64,000 nt of DNA from a bacterium. Its GTDB lineage: Bacteria > JADJOY01. Position 1 is the stretch's first letter; each line of letters starts with the position of its first letter. Shown piece after piece: positions 26,621-35,329 of the stretch. The position numbers were made by a program, and so were the translations under genes. The notes beneath the pieces were generated by a model. That model was not told the DNA's origin. It saw only the letters and a program-made list of their open reading frames with translations, and searched no databases. The stretch covers positions 1 through 64,000 of the forward strand of contig JAXLQJ010000026.1 in the NCBI GenBank assembly GCA_046331705.1. The letters are read 5' to 3'.

Positions 26621-28060
26621 ATGAACGAGCGATTTCGCCACGCTCTCGCGGCGATCGTGGGCCGCGACGCCATCGTCGCGGATCGGGAATCGCTCCTCAC
26701 CTACGAGTCCGACGCGTTCACGCTCGCTCGCGAGAGCCCCGAGCTGGTGGTGCTTCCGACCAGCACCGCGGAAGTCGCGGCGGTGATGGCGCTCTGTCAT
26801 CGCGAAGGGGTCGCGGTGGTGCCGCGCGGCGCGGGCACCGGGCTCTCGGGTGGCGCCCTGCCCGAGCGCGGCGGCGTGGTGCTCGAGACCGCCCGCATGC
26901 GACGCATCCTCTCGATCGACCCCGAGGCGCGGGTGGCGGTGGTGCAACCGGGCGTGACCAACGCCGCGCTCTCCGCGGCGGCGCGCGAGCACGGGCTGGC
27001 CTTCGGGCCCGATCCCTCGAGCGGCATGGTCTGCACGCTGGGCGGGAACGCCGCCGAGAACGCCGGCGGGCCGCACGCGCTCAAGCACGGGCTCACCGCG
27101 CAGCACGTGCTCGGGCTCACGGTGGTGCTCGCCGACGGCGAGGTGCTGGAGCTGGGCGGAGCGCTCGACGGCCTGCCCGGCTACGACTTGGTGGGGCTCT
27201 TCGTGGGCAGCGAAGGCATCCTCGCCGTCACCACGCAGCTCGCGCTGCGGCTCGTACCCGTGGCGCCCGCGACGCGCACGCTTCTGGTCGCGTTCCCGAG
27301 CCTCGTCGAGGGCTGCGAGGCGGTCGCCGATCTCATCCAGGCGGGCCTCGAGCCTTCGGCGCTGGAAGCGCTCGACCGCGGCACCATCGCCACCATCGAG
27401 GCCTCCCCGGATTACGCCGCTGGCTACCCGACCGATTGCGATCTGGCGTTGCTCGTCGACCTGGACGGCCACCACGACACGATCGGCGCACGGGTCGAGC
27501 GAGCGAGCGAGATCTGCCGCCGCCGCGGCGCCACGGAGATCCGCGTGGGCAGCGACGATGCCGCGCGCCGCAAGCTCTGGAAGGGGCGCAAGAGCGCCTT
27601 CGGCGCGATGGGCCGGCTGCGCGGCGACGTCTACGTCCTCGACGGCACCGTGCCGCTCAGCCAGCTCGCGCGGCTCATCGCCTTCACCGTCGAGGTCGCC
27701 GCCCGCCACCGCCTCACGATCTGCAACGTCTTCCACGCCGGCGACGGCAACCTCCACCCCAACATCTCCTTCGACGGACGCGACGCGGAGCTCACGCGGC
27801 GGGCGCTCGCCGCCGGCGCCGAGATCCTGCGCGCGTGTGTCGACGTCGGTGGCTCGATCACCGGCGAGCACGGCATCGGAGTCGAGAAGCTCTCGTTTCT
27901 CTCGTGGATGTTCGCGCCCCACGAGATCGCCGAGATGGAGGCGATCAAGCGCCTGGTCGATCCATGGGGTCGCTTGAATCCGGGCAAGCTCGTCCCGAGC
28001 AGCAAGGGCTGCGCGGAAGCCAAGGGGAAGCTCGACGCGATGGAAGGCACCTCGTCGTGA
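26621..28060 (+). CDS. glcD: Glycolate oxidase FAD-linked subunit
   Basis: PRGAGTGLSGG, PDPSS, ENAGGPHALKHG, GSEG, FHAGDGNLHP, GEHGIG and LNPGK motifs. Confidence 0.9.
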   Translation: MNERFRHALAAIVGRDAIVADRESLLTYESDAFTLARESPELVVLPTSTAEVAAVMALCHREGVAVVPRGAGTGLSGGALPERGGVVLETARMRRILSIDPEARVAVVQPGVTNAALSAAAREHGLAFGPDPSSGMVCTLGGNAAENAGGPHALKHGLTAQHVLGLTVVLADGEVLELGGALDGLPGYDLVGLFVGSEGILAVTTQLALRLVPVAPATRTLLVAFPSLVEGCEAVADLIQAGLEPSALEALDRGTIATIEASPDYAAGYPTDCDLALLVDLDGHHDTIGARVERASEICRRRGATEIRVGSDDAARRKLWKGRKSAFGAMGRLRGDVYVLDGTVPLSQLARLIAFTVEVAARHRLTICNVFHAGDGNLHPNISFDGRDAELTRRALAAGAEILRACVDVGGSITGEHGIGVEKLSFLSWMFAPHEIAEMEAIKRLVDPWGRLNPGKLVPSSKGCAEAKGKLDAMEGTSS

Positions 28061-29109
28061 GCGCCGCTTCCCGCGAGCACGTGCGCGCGGTGATCGCCGC
28101 CGCGATCGGAGCCGATCGCGCTCGCGACCCGCGCGATCCCGACGATCGTGTCGACGATCTTCTGCCGGCGGCCGTGGCGCGCCCGGCGAGCGCCGCCGAG
28201 GTCGCAGCGCTGTTGGCGGCGGCAGCGCGCGAGTCGATCGCCGTCATCCCGAGCGCGGGCGGAACGAAGCGCTCGTTCGGCGCCGCGCCCGAGCGCGCCG
28301 ACCTGCTGCTCGACCTCACGGCGCTCGCCGCCGTGAAGGATTGGTCGCCGCGCGACGGCGTGCTGGTCGTCGAGCCCGCGGTGGCCGTGGCGAGCGCGGA
28401 AGCACACGTCCGCGCCGACTCCCGCACGCTGGCGAACGATTGGCCGAACCCGGCGCGCGGAACCCTGGGCGGCGCGGCGGCGGTGGGTCGCATGCCCATC
28501 GATCGCCTCGGCCCCGCCGGTCCGCGCTGGTCGGTGATCGGCATGAAGGTCGCGCATTGCGACGGCACCCTCGCGAATCATGGCGCGCGCGTCGCCAAGA
28601 ACGTGGCCGGGCTCGATCTACCGCGGCTGCACGTCGGCGCGCTCGGAACGCTCGGCGTCATCGTCGAGCTGACGGTGCGCACGCGACCGAGCGCAACCGT
28701 CGCCGAAGCGATCAGCGCGAACGCGGACGCACCCGCCGAGGTCGAAGCGCGCGTTCCGCCGCAGCACCTCGATGCCCTCGTGGGCGCCATCGCTCCGCGG
28801 ACAGGGCGACCGGAGGCGCTCGCGTGGATGCGGGTGGAGCCCGCGACCGGGGCCGCGCAGCTCGGATTCCACGCCGGGCGCGGCGATTCGCCAGCGCTCG
28901 ACGGCTTTCGGGATTGGCTCGCTCGGGCGCGGGCGGCGGCCCGCTCGTTCGGCGGCTACCTCTTGGTCACGCGGGCGCCCGCGGCGTGGAAGCGCGCCAT
29001 CGACGTGTGGGGTGAGCCACCGGCGGCGATCGCGCTCATGCGCAAGCTCAAAAAGCTCTACGACCCCGAGCGCATCCTCAATCCCGGGCGTTTCGTGGGC
29101 GGCATCTGA
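28057..29109 (+). CDS. glcE: Glycolate oxidase FAD-binding subunit
   Basis: GGTK, GTLGG, GARVAKNVAGLDL, GALGTLGVI and DPERILNPGRF motifs. GTGA overlap with the glcD stop. Confidence 0.85.
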   Translation: MSAASREHVRAVIAAAIGADRARDPRDPDDRVDDLLPAAVARPASAAEVAALLAAAARESIAVIPSAGGTKRSFGAAPERADLLLDLTALAAVKDWSPRDGVLVVEPAVAVASAEAHVRADSRTLANDWPNPARGTLGGAAAVGRMPIDRLGPAGPRWSVIGMKVAHCDGTLANHGARVAKNVAGLDLPRLHVGALGTLGVIVELTVRTRPSATVAEAISANADAPAEVEARVPPQHLDALVGAIAPRTGRPEALAWMRVEPATGAAQLGFHAGRGDSPALDGFRDWLARARAAARSFGGYLLVTRAPAAWKRAIDVWGEPPAAIALMRKLKKLYDPERILNPGRFVGGI

Positions 29110-29143
29110 GCACGCACGCTGGCGCGCGCGGCCGAGCTCGGGC

Positions 29144-30619
29144 TCACGGCGATCGCGCCGAGCTCGTCGTGTCTCCCGCCGCATTGGCGGAGAGGCAGTA
29201 GAGCCTGTCGTTGCCGCGGACGTAGATCCGGTCGCCGTCGAACACCGGATTCGAGCGAAACGCCGCGAGGCGATTCAACGCGCGCTGCTGGAACGTTCGG
29301 CCGGGCGCGAGCACCGCCGTCGCCCCCTCGAACCCGCTGACGAAGACGTGGCCGCCGCCCTGCGTGATGCTGCTGTAGACACTGTCCACTCCGGCGGTCT
29401 CGCCGAGGCGCAGCCGCTCGGCGTAGACGATCGCACCGGTCTTGGCGTCCACGACGTTGAAGATCTGGGTGCGGGTCACGGCGTAGATCAGGCCGTCGAG
29501 GAGCAACGGCGAGCTGTAATAGCGCTCGCCCTTGAGCTTGCTCGTCCACAGCGGCTCGAACGTGAGCGAGTCGGCCATCTTCCGAGGAATCCGGAATGCC
29601 TGGGCCGTTCCCTGGATCATGTAGAGCACGCCATCCCGGACCAGCGGCGAGTTGTACTCGAGGTCGCCCAAGCCACTGGCCACGACGGCGCCATCGGCGA
29701 CCCGCACGCAATGGCCACTGGGCAGGATCACCAGGTCTTGGCCCTCGATCTGGAAGAGCGCGGGAGTGCCCGGGCGGGACGGCACGTTCACGCGCCACTC
29801 GACCTCGCCGCTCGCGGCGTCGAGCGCGATGAGGTCGTTGAGCAGCACCAGGAGCTTGCCCCCGGCCAGCACCGGCGAGGCCGCCGCCCCGTTGGGCACC
29901 TGGACCCGGTCGAGCCATTTGATCCAGCGACGGTTGCCATCGAGATCGTAGGAAGCGACCACGCCGGTGCCGAAGAGCACCTGCACCGATTCCCCGTTGC
30001 TGGTGGGAGTGGGCGTGCTGTAGCCGTTGGCCTCGTGGACGCTGGGCGGCTTCGCGGCCTTCGCCAGCGCGGCGAGCTCCCGCCTCAACTCGCCGGCTTG
30101 CTTCCGGAGCGCGCGCGCCTTGCTGCTCGCATCTGCGTCCTTCGGTGAGCTTCGTAGCTGCCGGCGCAGGCTGGTGAGGTCGTACTCGGCCTGGGCCAGC
30201 GCCTGTCTCGCTTGCTGAAGTCGCGACTCTTGCTCGACCTCGGAGTGATGGCTGATCTTCGTGGGCACCGCATCCTCGAGCGCGTTGGTGCGCTGCCAGA
30301 GGATCCGGCCATCGCTGGCCCTCACACAGATCAACGTGTCCGGTTCGGAGGAGACGAAGATCCGATCGCCCACCACGATCGGCGAGGCGTTGCTCCACTG
30401 GGGCATCGGCGTCGACCACAGCACGTGCTGCGTGGGCGACCATTCGAGCGGCGGCTGGGCCTGCGGGAAGTTCCCGGTGCCGTCCATGCGCCAGCCGACC
30501 GGCTGCCGCGCGGGCGCCGCGCTCGCGAGCGCGAGCGCGAGCAGGACGCCCACCAGCGCGATTCCCGCGCTTCGTCGAGCGCAACGCGTGTTCGAGCAGC
30601 GGGTTCGCGAGCGGGTCAC
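29144..30619 (-). CDS. Secreted PQQ-like beta-propeller repeat protein (BamB-like)
   Basis: Signal-like hydrophobic N-terminus, WRMDGTG, repeated SP..G / DAxxG..W units and a coiled-coil insert. Start uncertain (GTG at 30619 after GAGGGA). Confidence 0.8.
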   Translation of the reverse strand: MTRSRTRCSNTRCARRSAGIALVGVLLALALASAAPARQPVGWRMDGTGNFPQAQPPLEWSPTQHVLWSTPMPQWSNASPIVVGDRIFVSSEPDTLICVRASDGRILWQRTNALEDAVPTKISHHSEVEQESRLQQARQALAQAEYDLTSLRRQLRSSPKDADASSKARALRKQAGELRRELAALAKAAKPPSVHEANGYSTPTPTSNGESVQVLFGTGVVASYDLDGNRRWIKWLDRVQVPNGAAASPVLAGGKLLVLLNDLIALDAASGEVEWRVNVPSRPGTPALFQIEGQDLVILPSGHCVRVADGAVVASGLGDLEYNSPLVRDGVLYMIQGTAQAFRIPRKMADSLTFEPLWTSKLKGERYYSSPLLLDGLIYAVTRTQIFNVVDAKTGAIVYAERLRLGETAGVDSVYSSITQGGGHVFVSGFEGATAVLAPGRTFQQRALNRLAAFRSNPVFDGDRIYVRGNDRLYCLSANAAGDTTSSARSP

Positions 30620-30774
30620 GGCGACACGTCCCTCGTTCGGTTCTGCGGCGCGCGTCCGCGCGGCGCGACGATACTGCGAGCGCGAGGACGTACGCCAGGC
30701 GAACGACAGGCGAGCGACGTGCATGCTCACCGCGCTGCGAGGACGCTTCCGTCACGCGCTACGCTCACGGCGAG

Positions 30775-32196
30775 ATGAGCGCGTTCGAGATCACGAGCCG
30801 GCTCGGCCCATCCCACGCGGACGAGCCGCGCGCGACCACGCGGCTCGAGCTCGCGACGCTGCCCGCGTACCAGGCGAGCCTCGATTGCGTGCATTGCGGC
30901 TTTTGCCTGCAATCGTGCGCGACCTATCAGGTCACCGGCCTCGAGCCCAGCTCGCCGCGCGGCCGCATCGTGCTCATGAAGGCGTTCGCCGAGGGCCGGA
31001 TCACGCTCGAGGGGGAATCCGCGCGCCACCTCGACGATTGCATCGGCTGCCGCGCCTGCGAGCCGGTGTGTCCGGCCGGCGTGCGCTACGGCGAGATGCT
31101 GGAGGTGGTGCGCGAGGCGCGCAGCGAGCGCGCGGCGGCCGCCGCGACCGCTGCGCCAGCCACCGTCGCGACACGCTTGCGTGACTTGGCGCTCGACTGG
31201 CTTCCCCACCGCACCGCAACCCGGCTCGTCGCGAACACCTTGCGGCTCTATCGTCGCAGCGGCGTGGCTGCGCTCGCGCATCGGCGCGGCTGGATCGCGT
31301 CGCTGCCGCCCGCGCTGCGAATGATGGAGGGCCTCGTTCCGGCCCAGCTCGCGCCGCCGCTCCGGACCTCGACGGTCGCCGTGCGGATGGAGGCGCGGCG
31401 CGCGGCGAGCACGACCGCGCCGCGAACACGAGTCGCGCTCTTTCGCGGCTGCATCGGCGACGCGCTCTTCCCCGACGTGAACCAGGCCGCTGCCGCGCTC
31501 CTCGACCTCTACGGCTTCGACGTCGTTCCCGTTCCCGACCAGACGTGCTGTGGAGCGCTCGACTTGCACGCGGGGCGCAGCGGCCGGGCACTCGCGCTGG
31601 TTCGCCGCAATCTGGACGCGTTCGAGGAGGCGGGCCTCGGCGCGCCCGGTGGGATCGAGCTCGTCGCATCCACCGCTGCCGGCTGTGGCGCCATGCTGCG
31701 GGACCTCAGCCGCCACTTCGACGACGCTCCCGGCGTGCGGGCTGCCGCGAAGCGATTCGAGGTGCGCGTGCGCGACGTCACCGAGCTGCTGGCGGGCGGC
31801 ACACCGCGTGCCGCGCCCGGGCCGCTGCGGGCGAGCGCGACCTACCATCCGCCCTGTCATCTGCATCATGCGCAACGCGTGACCGAGGCACCGCTCGCCC
31901 TTCTGCGCACCATCCCGGAGCTCACGCTCGTGCCGCTCGAGCGCGCGGAGCTCTGCTGCGGCAGCGGCGGCCTCTACAACGTGCTGCGCCCGGCGATGGC
32001 GGATCGGGTGCTCGACGACAAGCTCGCGGCGATCGACGCCACGGGCGCGTCGCTGCTGGTCACCGGGAATCCCGGCTGTCACCTGCACATCGCCGCAGGG
32101 CTGCGTGCCCGCGGTCGCGAGGTGCGGGTCGTCCATCCGCTCTCGCTGCTCGCGCTCGCCCACGGCGTCGCACCGCGACAGGCGTCAAGCAGCTGA
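30775..32196 (+). CDS. glcF: Glycolate oxidase iron-sulfur subunit
   Basis: CVHCGFCLQSC and CIGCRACEPVC 4Fe-4S motifs, SPRGRI, two CCG domains, and NPGC. Confidence 0.9.
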   Translation: MSAFEITSRLGPSHADEPRATTRLELATLPAYQASLDCVHCGFCLQSCATYQVTGLEPSSPRGRIVLMKAFAEGRITLEGESARHLDDCIGCRACEPVCPAGVRYGEMLEVVREARSERAAAAATAAPATVATRLRDLALDWLPHRTATRLVANTLRLYRRSGVAALAHRRGWIASLPPALRMMEGLVPAQLAPPLRTSTVAVRMEARRAASTTAPRTRVALFRGCIGDALFPDVNQAAAALLDLYGFDVVPVPDQTCCGALDLHAGRSGRALALVRRNLDAFEEAGLGAPGGIELVASTAAGCGAMLRDLSRHFDDAPGVRAAAKRFEVRVRDVTELLAGGTPRAAPGPLRASATYHPPCHLHHAQRVTEAPLALLRTIPELTLVPLERAELCCGSGGLYNVLRPAMADRVLDDKLAAIDATGASLLVTGNPGCHLHIAAGLRARGREVRVVHPLSLLALAHGVAPRQASSS

Positions 32197-32491
32197 CGAG
32201 CACGCGTCGGTTCTCGCGACTCCGTCAGCCCGCCCGCCTATGCGCCGCGCGGCCGACTGTCTCGAAGCCGTGGCAATCCGCCGAAACTCGCCCACACTCG
32301 GCGATCGCCGCTGACGATCGGGCGGCGGCTCGGACGTTCGCCGACGAAGTCCGCGCCCGGCACGCGGCGATCCACGCACGCGCCGCGCGCCGCGCCCTTG
32401 GCTCGCGAATTGCCTCGTGAAGCGCGCGACGGAGGTCTCCTCCGTCGCGGCCACGCATGGCCTTCCAACCAGCCAGGGGACGGCGGACATC

Positions 32492-34339
32492 ATGAGCGGG
32501 CGAGCGAGCGAAGTCGTCGCGAAGCGGTATTCGTTCATCCAACGATTCGTGGGCGTGGCGGCGATGAGCGCCGCGGCGCTGACGTGGTCACCCTCGACCG
32601 CCGACGCGCAGTGCGGCGCGGCGCCGCAGATTCCCACCTTCGGTGAGCTGGGCGTCCAGGGTTTCCGCTTCGATCTCGCGCTCGCTGCGGGGCTCGACGC
32701 GCACCAGCTCATCGGCAAGACCACCTCGTGGGCGGAGCTTCAGCCCGACGGCGTGCACTTCGACACGACCGCGCTCTCGACCCTCGACCGCGAGGTCAAA
32801 GAGGCCATGGCCGACGGCATGAAGGCGATCGTCATGCGCGTTCGCCCGGGCGGTGGCGGCCTCGAGCCGTTCGCTGGCGCCGAGGCCACCTGGCCGCTCG
32901 ACCTCGCCACCTACGAGAGCAAGGACGGCGAGTGGCTGGGGCCGCGGCTCGCCGCGGGCCTCGAATCGCAGACATCGTTTCCGCCGCGCGTCCTCACCCG
33001 TGACGAGCCCGGGAACACCTCGCCCTGGTACGAGTTCGTGAAGGCGCTGGCGGCTCGCTACAGCGGCTGCACGCTCGATCCCGACCCGCTCTACGCGGGC
33101 CGCTACCTACCGCGCGTCGACTATTGGTCCTCGGTCCACGAGGCGGACGTGAAGTCCTTCTGGTACGGCACCTCGAAGGACATGTTCGGTGGCGTCGGCG
33201 GCGATCCCGCGGTGGGCCTGCTGCCGAGCTTCTACCGTGCCGTGAAGGCCGCAAACCCCGCCGCCCAGGTCGTGAGCGGCGGCGCCGCGAGCCAGACACT
33301 CGGCTACTACCTGACCTTCGAGCGCGCGCAGAAGGCGGGGAACAAGTACACGTCCTCGGTGCGGAGCTGGGGGAAGAGCTACTTCCACACCAGCGTGCTG
33401 CTGTCCGCCGTCTTCGATCTCTACGCCGGCAACGACGCGGGCCTCTACGATCACTACGCCACCGATCCCAACGAGCTGCGGGCGCGCACGCTCATCGACG
33501 CGATGTTCAGCGAGACCGCCGACGACTACTACGACGTGGTCGGGGTGCACTTCTACGACAACCCGTTGATGCTCGAGGACTTGATCGCGTTCATCCGCGC
33601 CCGCCAGCGGGTGTCGAAGCCGCTGTGGCTCACCGAGCTCGGCGTGGTGAACCAGAGCCCCACCTTCAACGTGGACGATCAAGCGCGCTGGGTGGCGCAG
33701 AAGATGGTGATCGCCGTGGGCAACGGCATCGAGCACGCGACCTACTCGCCGATGATGGCGTCGATCGCCGGCGCCACCCTGGCACCCATCTTCGACGGCA
33801 TGCCGGGAAGCATCTCGTGGCGACCGGCGGCCTACGCCGCGCAGACGGTGGCGAACGCGATCAACGAGGCGAGCGGCTACGGTTTCTCGCGCAAGCGCAC
33901 GGTCAACGACACGACCTTCTTCGAGTTCGCGCAAGGCGGCGGCACCGGGCACCTGGCGTTCGCCTGGCGCGCCAGCTCGAGCGCCAGCGTCGACCTGCGC
34001 GCCACGCTGGGAATTCCCACCAGCACCCCCATCGACATCGTGAACCACCTCGGCCAGGCGATCTGGACCCAGTCACCGAGCTCGACGTACACGATCGGCG
34101 TGTCGCCGATCCTGATTCGCTGGAGCGGCACCACCGGCCCTGGTTGCGGCCGCGTGGGCGATCGCTCGCAACCCGCGCGCGGCCTCGCCGATTTCACGCT
34201 GGTGCTGCTGCCGCTGGCCTGGCACGTCGCGCGGCGCCACCCGCGTCTGGGGCGCGCTCAGCTACCGCTGCGTGCGTTCAGCCACTCGAGCATGTCGGCG
34301 ACCACGCGCTCGCGCTCGGGCTCGTTCAGGCACTCGTGA
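32492..34339 (+). CDS. Secreted clan GH-A-like glycoside hydrolase with C-terminal sorting-like tail
   Basis: Signal peptide, HEAD (acid/base position), GVHFY and LWLTELG (nucleophile). Ends GCG...hydrophobic helix...RR. Confidence 0.7.
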   Translation: MSGRASEVVAKRYSFIQRFVGVAAMSAAALTWSPSTADAQCGAAPQIPTFGELGVQGFRFDLALAAGLDAHQLIGKTTSWAELQPDGVHFDTTALSTLDREVKEAMADGMKAIVMRVRPGGGGLEPFAGAEATWPLDLATYESKDGEWLGPRLAAGLESQTSFPPRVLTRDEPGNTSPWYEFVKALAARYSGCTLDPDPLYAGRYLPRVDYWSSVHEADVKSFWYGTSKDMFGGVGGDPAVGLLPSFYRAVKAANPAAQVVSGGAASQTLGYYLTFERAQKAGNKYTSSVRSWGKSYFHTSVLLSAVFDLYAGNDAGLYDHYATDPNELRARTLIDAMFSETADDYYDVVGVHFYDNPLMLEDLIAFIRARQRVSKPLWLTELGVVNQSPTFNVDDQARWVAQKMVIAVGNGIEHATYSPMMASIAGATLAPIFDGMPGSISWRPAAYAAQTVANAINEASGYGFSRKRTVNDTTFFEFAQGGGTGHLAFAWRASSSASVDLRATLGIPTSTPIDIVNHLGQAIWTQSPSSTYTIGVSPILIRWSGTTGPGCGRVGDRSQPARGLADFTLVLLPLAWHVARRHPRLGRAQLPLRAFSHSSMSATTRSRSGSFRHS

Positions 34340-35115
34340 TAGAGCCCGTCGTAGACGTGGATCGTCTTGTCGGCCGAGCGGGCACGCGCGTGCAGCTCAC
34401 GGCTTCCCTGGCAATCCGTGAGCTTGTCCTCGGTGCCGTGGAAGACGAGGAACGGTAGCGTCACTTCCTCCATGCGACCATGAATGCGGTCCATGGTGTC
34501 GAGGATCTCGGCGCCGGTCCGCGCGCGCACGCCGCCGTGGTAGACGAGCGGGTCCGCGTCGTAAGCGGCGACCACCGCCGGATCGCGCGACACGAACTTG
34601 GACGAGAGCTTCTGGGTGGGCGCCTTCGGCAAGAGGCGCGCCAGCACGCGACCGATCCGAATCACGATCGGCGAGAACCCGTCGGCCACCTTGAGCCCCG
34701 GGCTCGACAGCACCAGGCCGCGCACCGCTGGCGGGCGGGTCACCGCGAGGCTCGTCACCACCGTGCCGCCCATGCTGTGACCCATCAAGAAGATGGGCTC
34801 GGGAGGGCGGCGAGCGCGGACGTGGGCAACGTAGGTGTCGGCGTCCTCGACCAGCTGCTCGAACGAATCGATGTAGCCCCGCACGCCCGCCGAGCGGCCG
34901 TGGCCGCGGTGGTCGTAGCCGAACACCGCGAAACCGGCGGCGTTGAGCTCGGACGCGACGCGATCGTAACGGCCGATGTGCTCACCGAGGCCGTGCACGA
35001 TCAGCACGGTCGCCTTGGCGACGCGAACCGGAAGCCACCATCGCTCGTATAGCTCCGTGCCATCCCTGGCCGCCAACCGCGCTTCGCCTCGGATCGGGAG
35101 GGTCTTGGTCGTCAC
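34258..35115 (-). CDS. Lysophospholipase / monoacylglycerol lipase
   Basis: VHGLGEH, DHRGHGRS, GHSMGG, HGTEDKL and GLYHE motifs. Confidence 0.9.
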   Translation of the reverse strand: MTTKTLPIRGEARLAARDGTELYERWWLPVRVAKATVLIVHGLGEHIGRYDRVASELNAAGFAVFGYDHRGHGRSAGVRGYIDSFEQLVEDADTYVAHVRARRPPEPIFLMGHSMGGTVVTSLAVTRPPAVRGLVLSSPGLKVADGFSPIVIRIGRVLARLLPKAPTQKLSSKFVSRDPAVVAAYDADPLVYHGGVRARTGAEILDTMDRIHGRMEEVTLPFLVFHGTEDKLTDCQGSRELHARARSADKTIHVYDGLYHECLNEPERERVVADMLEWLNARSGS

Positions 35116-35329
35116 GCGCTGCCTCCGTGGGTCTCGCCGGCAATGGCTCGAGCTCGGGGTCTCCCGACTGTCGCGCGGCGGAACCCGACGAGCTTACAGC
35201 AGGAACGGGTACCCGGCCCGTCGAGTCGACCCGGCAACCCCCGGCATGCTACAGGAGTTCATGGAGTCGAACGCGCGGGGGCGACTGCCTCGTCGATCGC
35301 GCGCGACGCTCTTCGCACGGAGGCCCACC

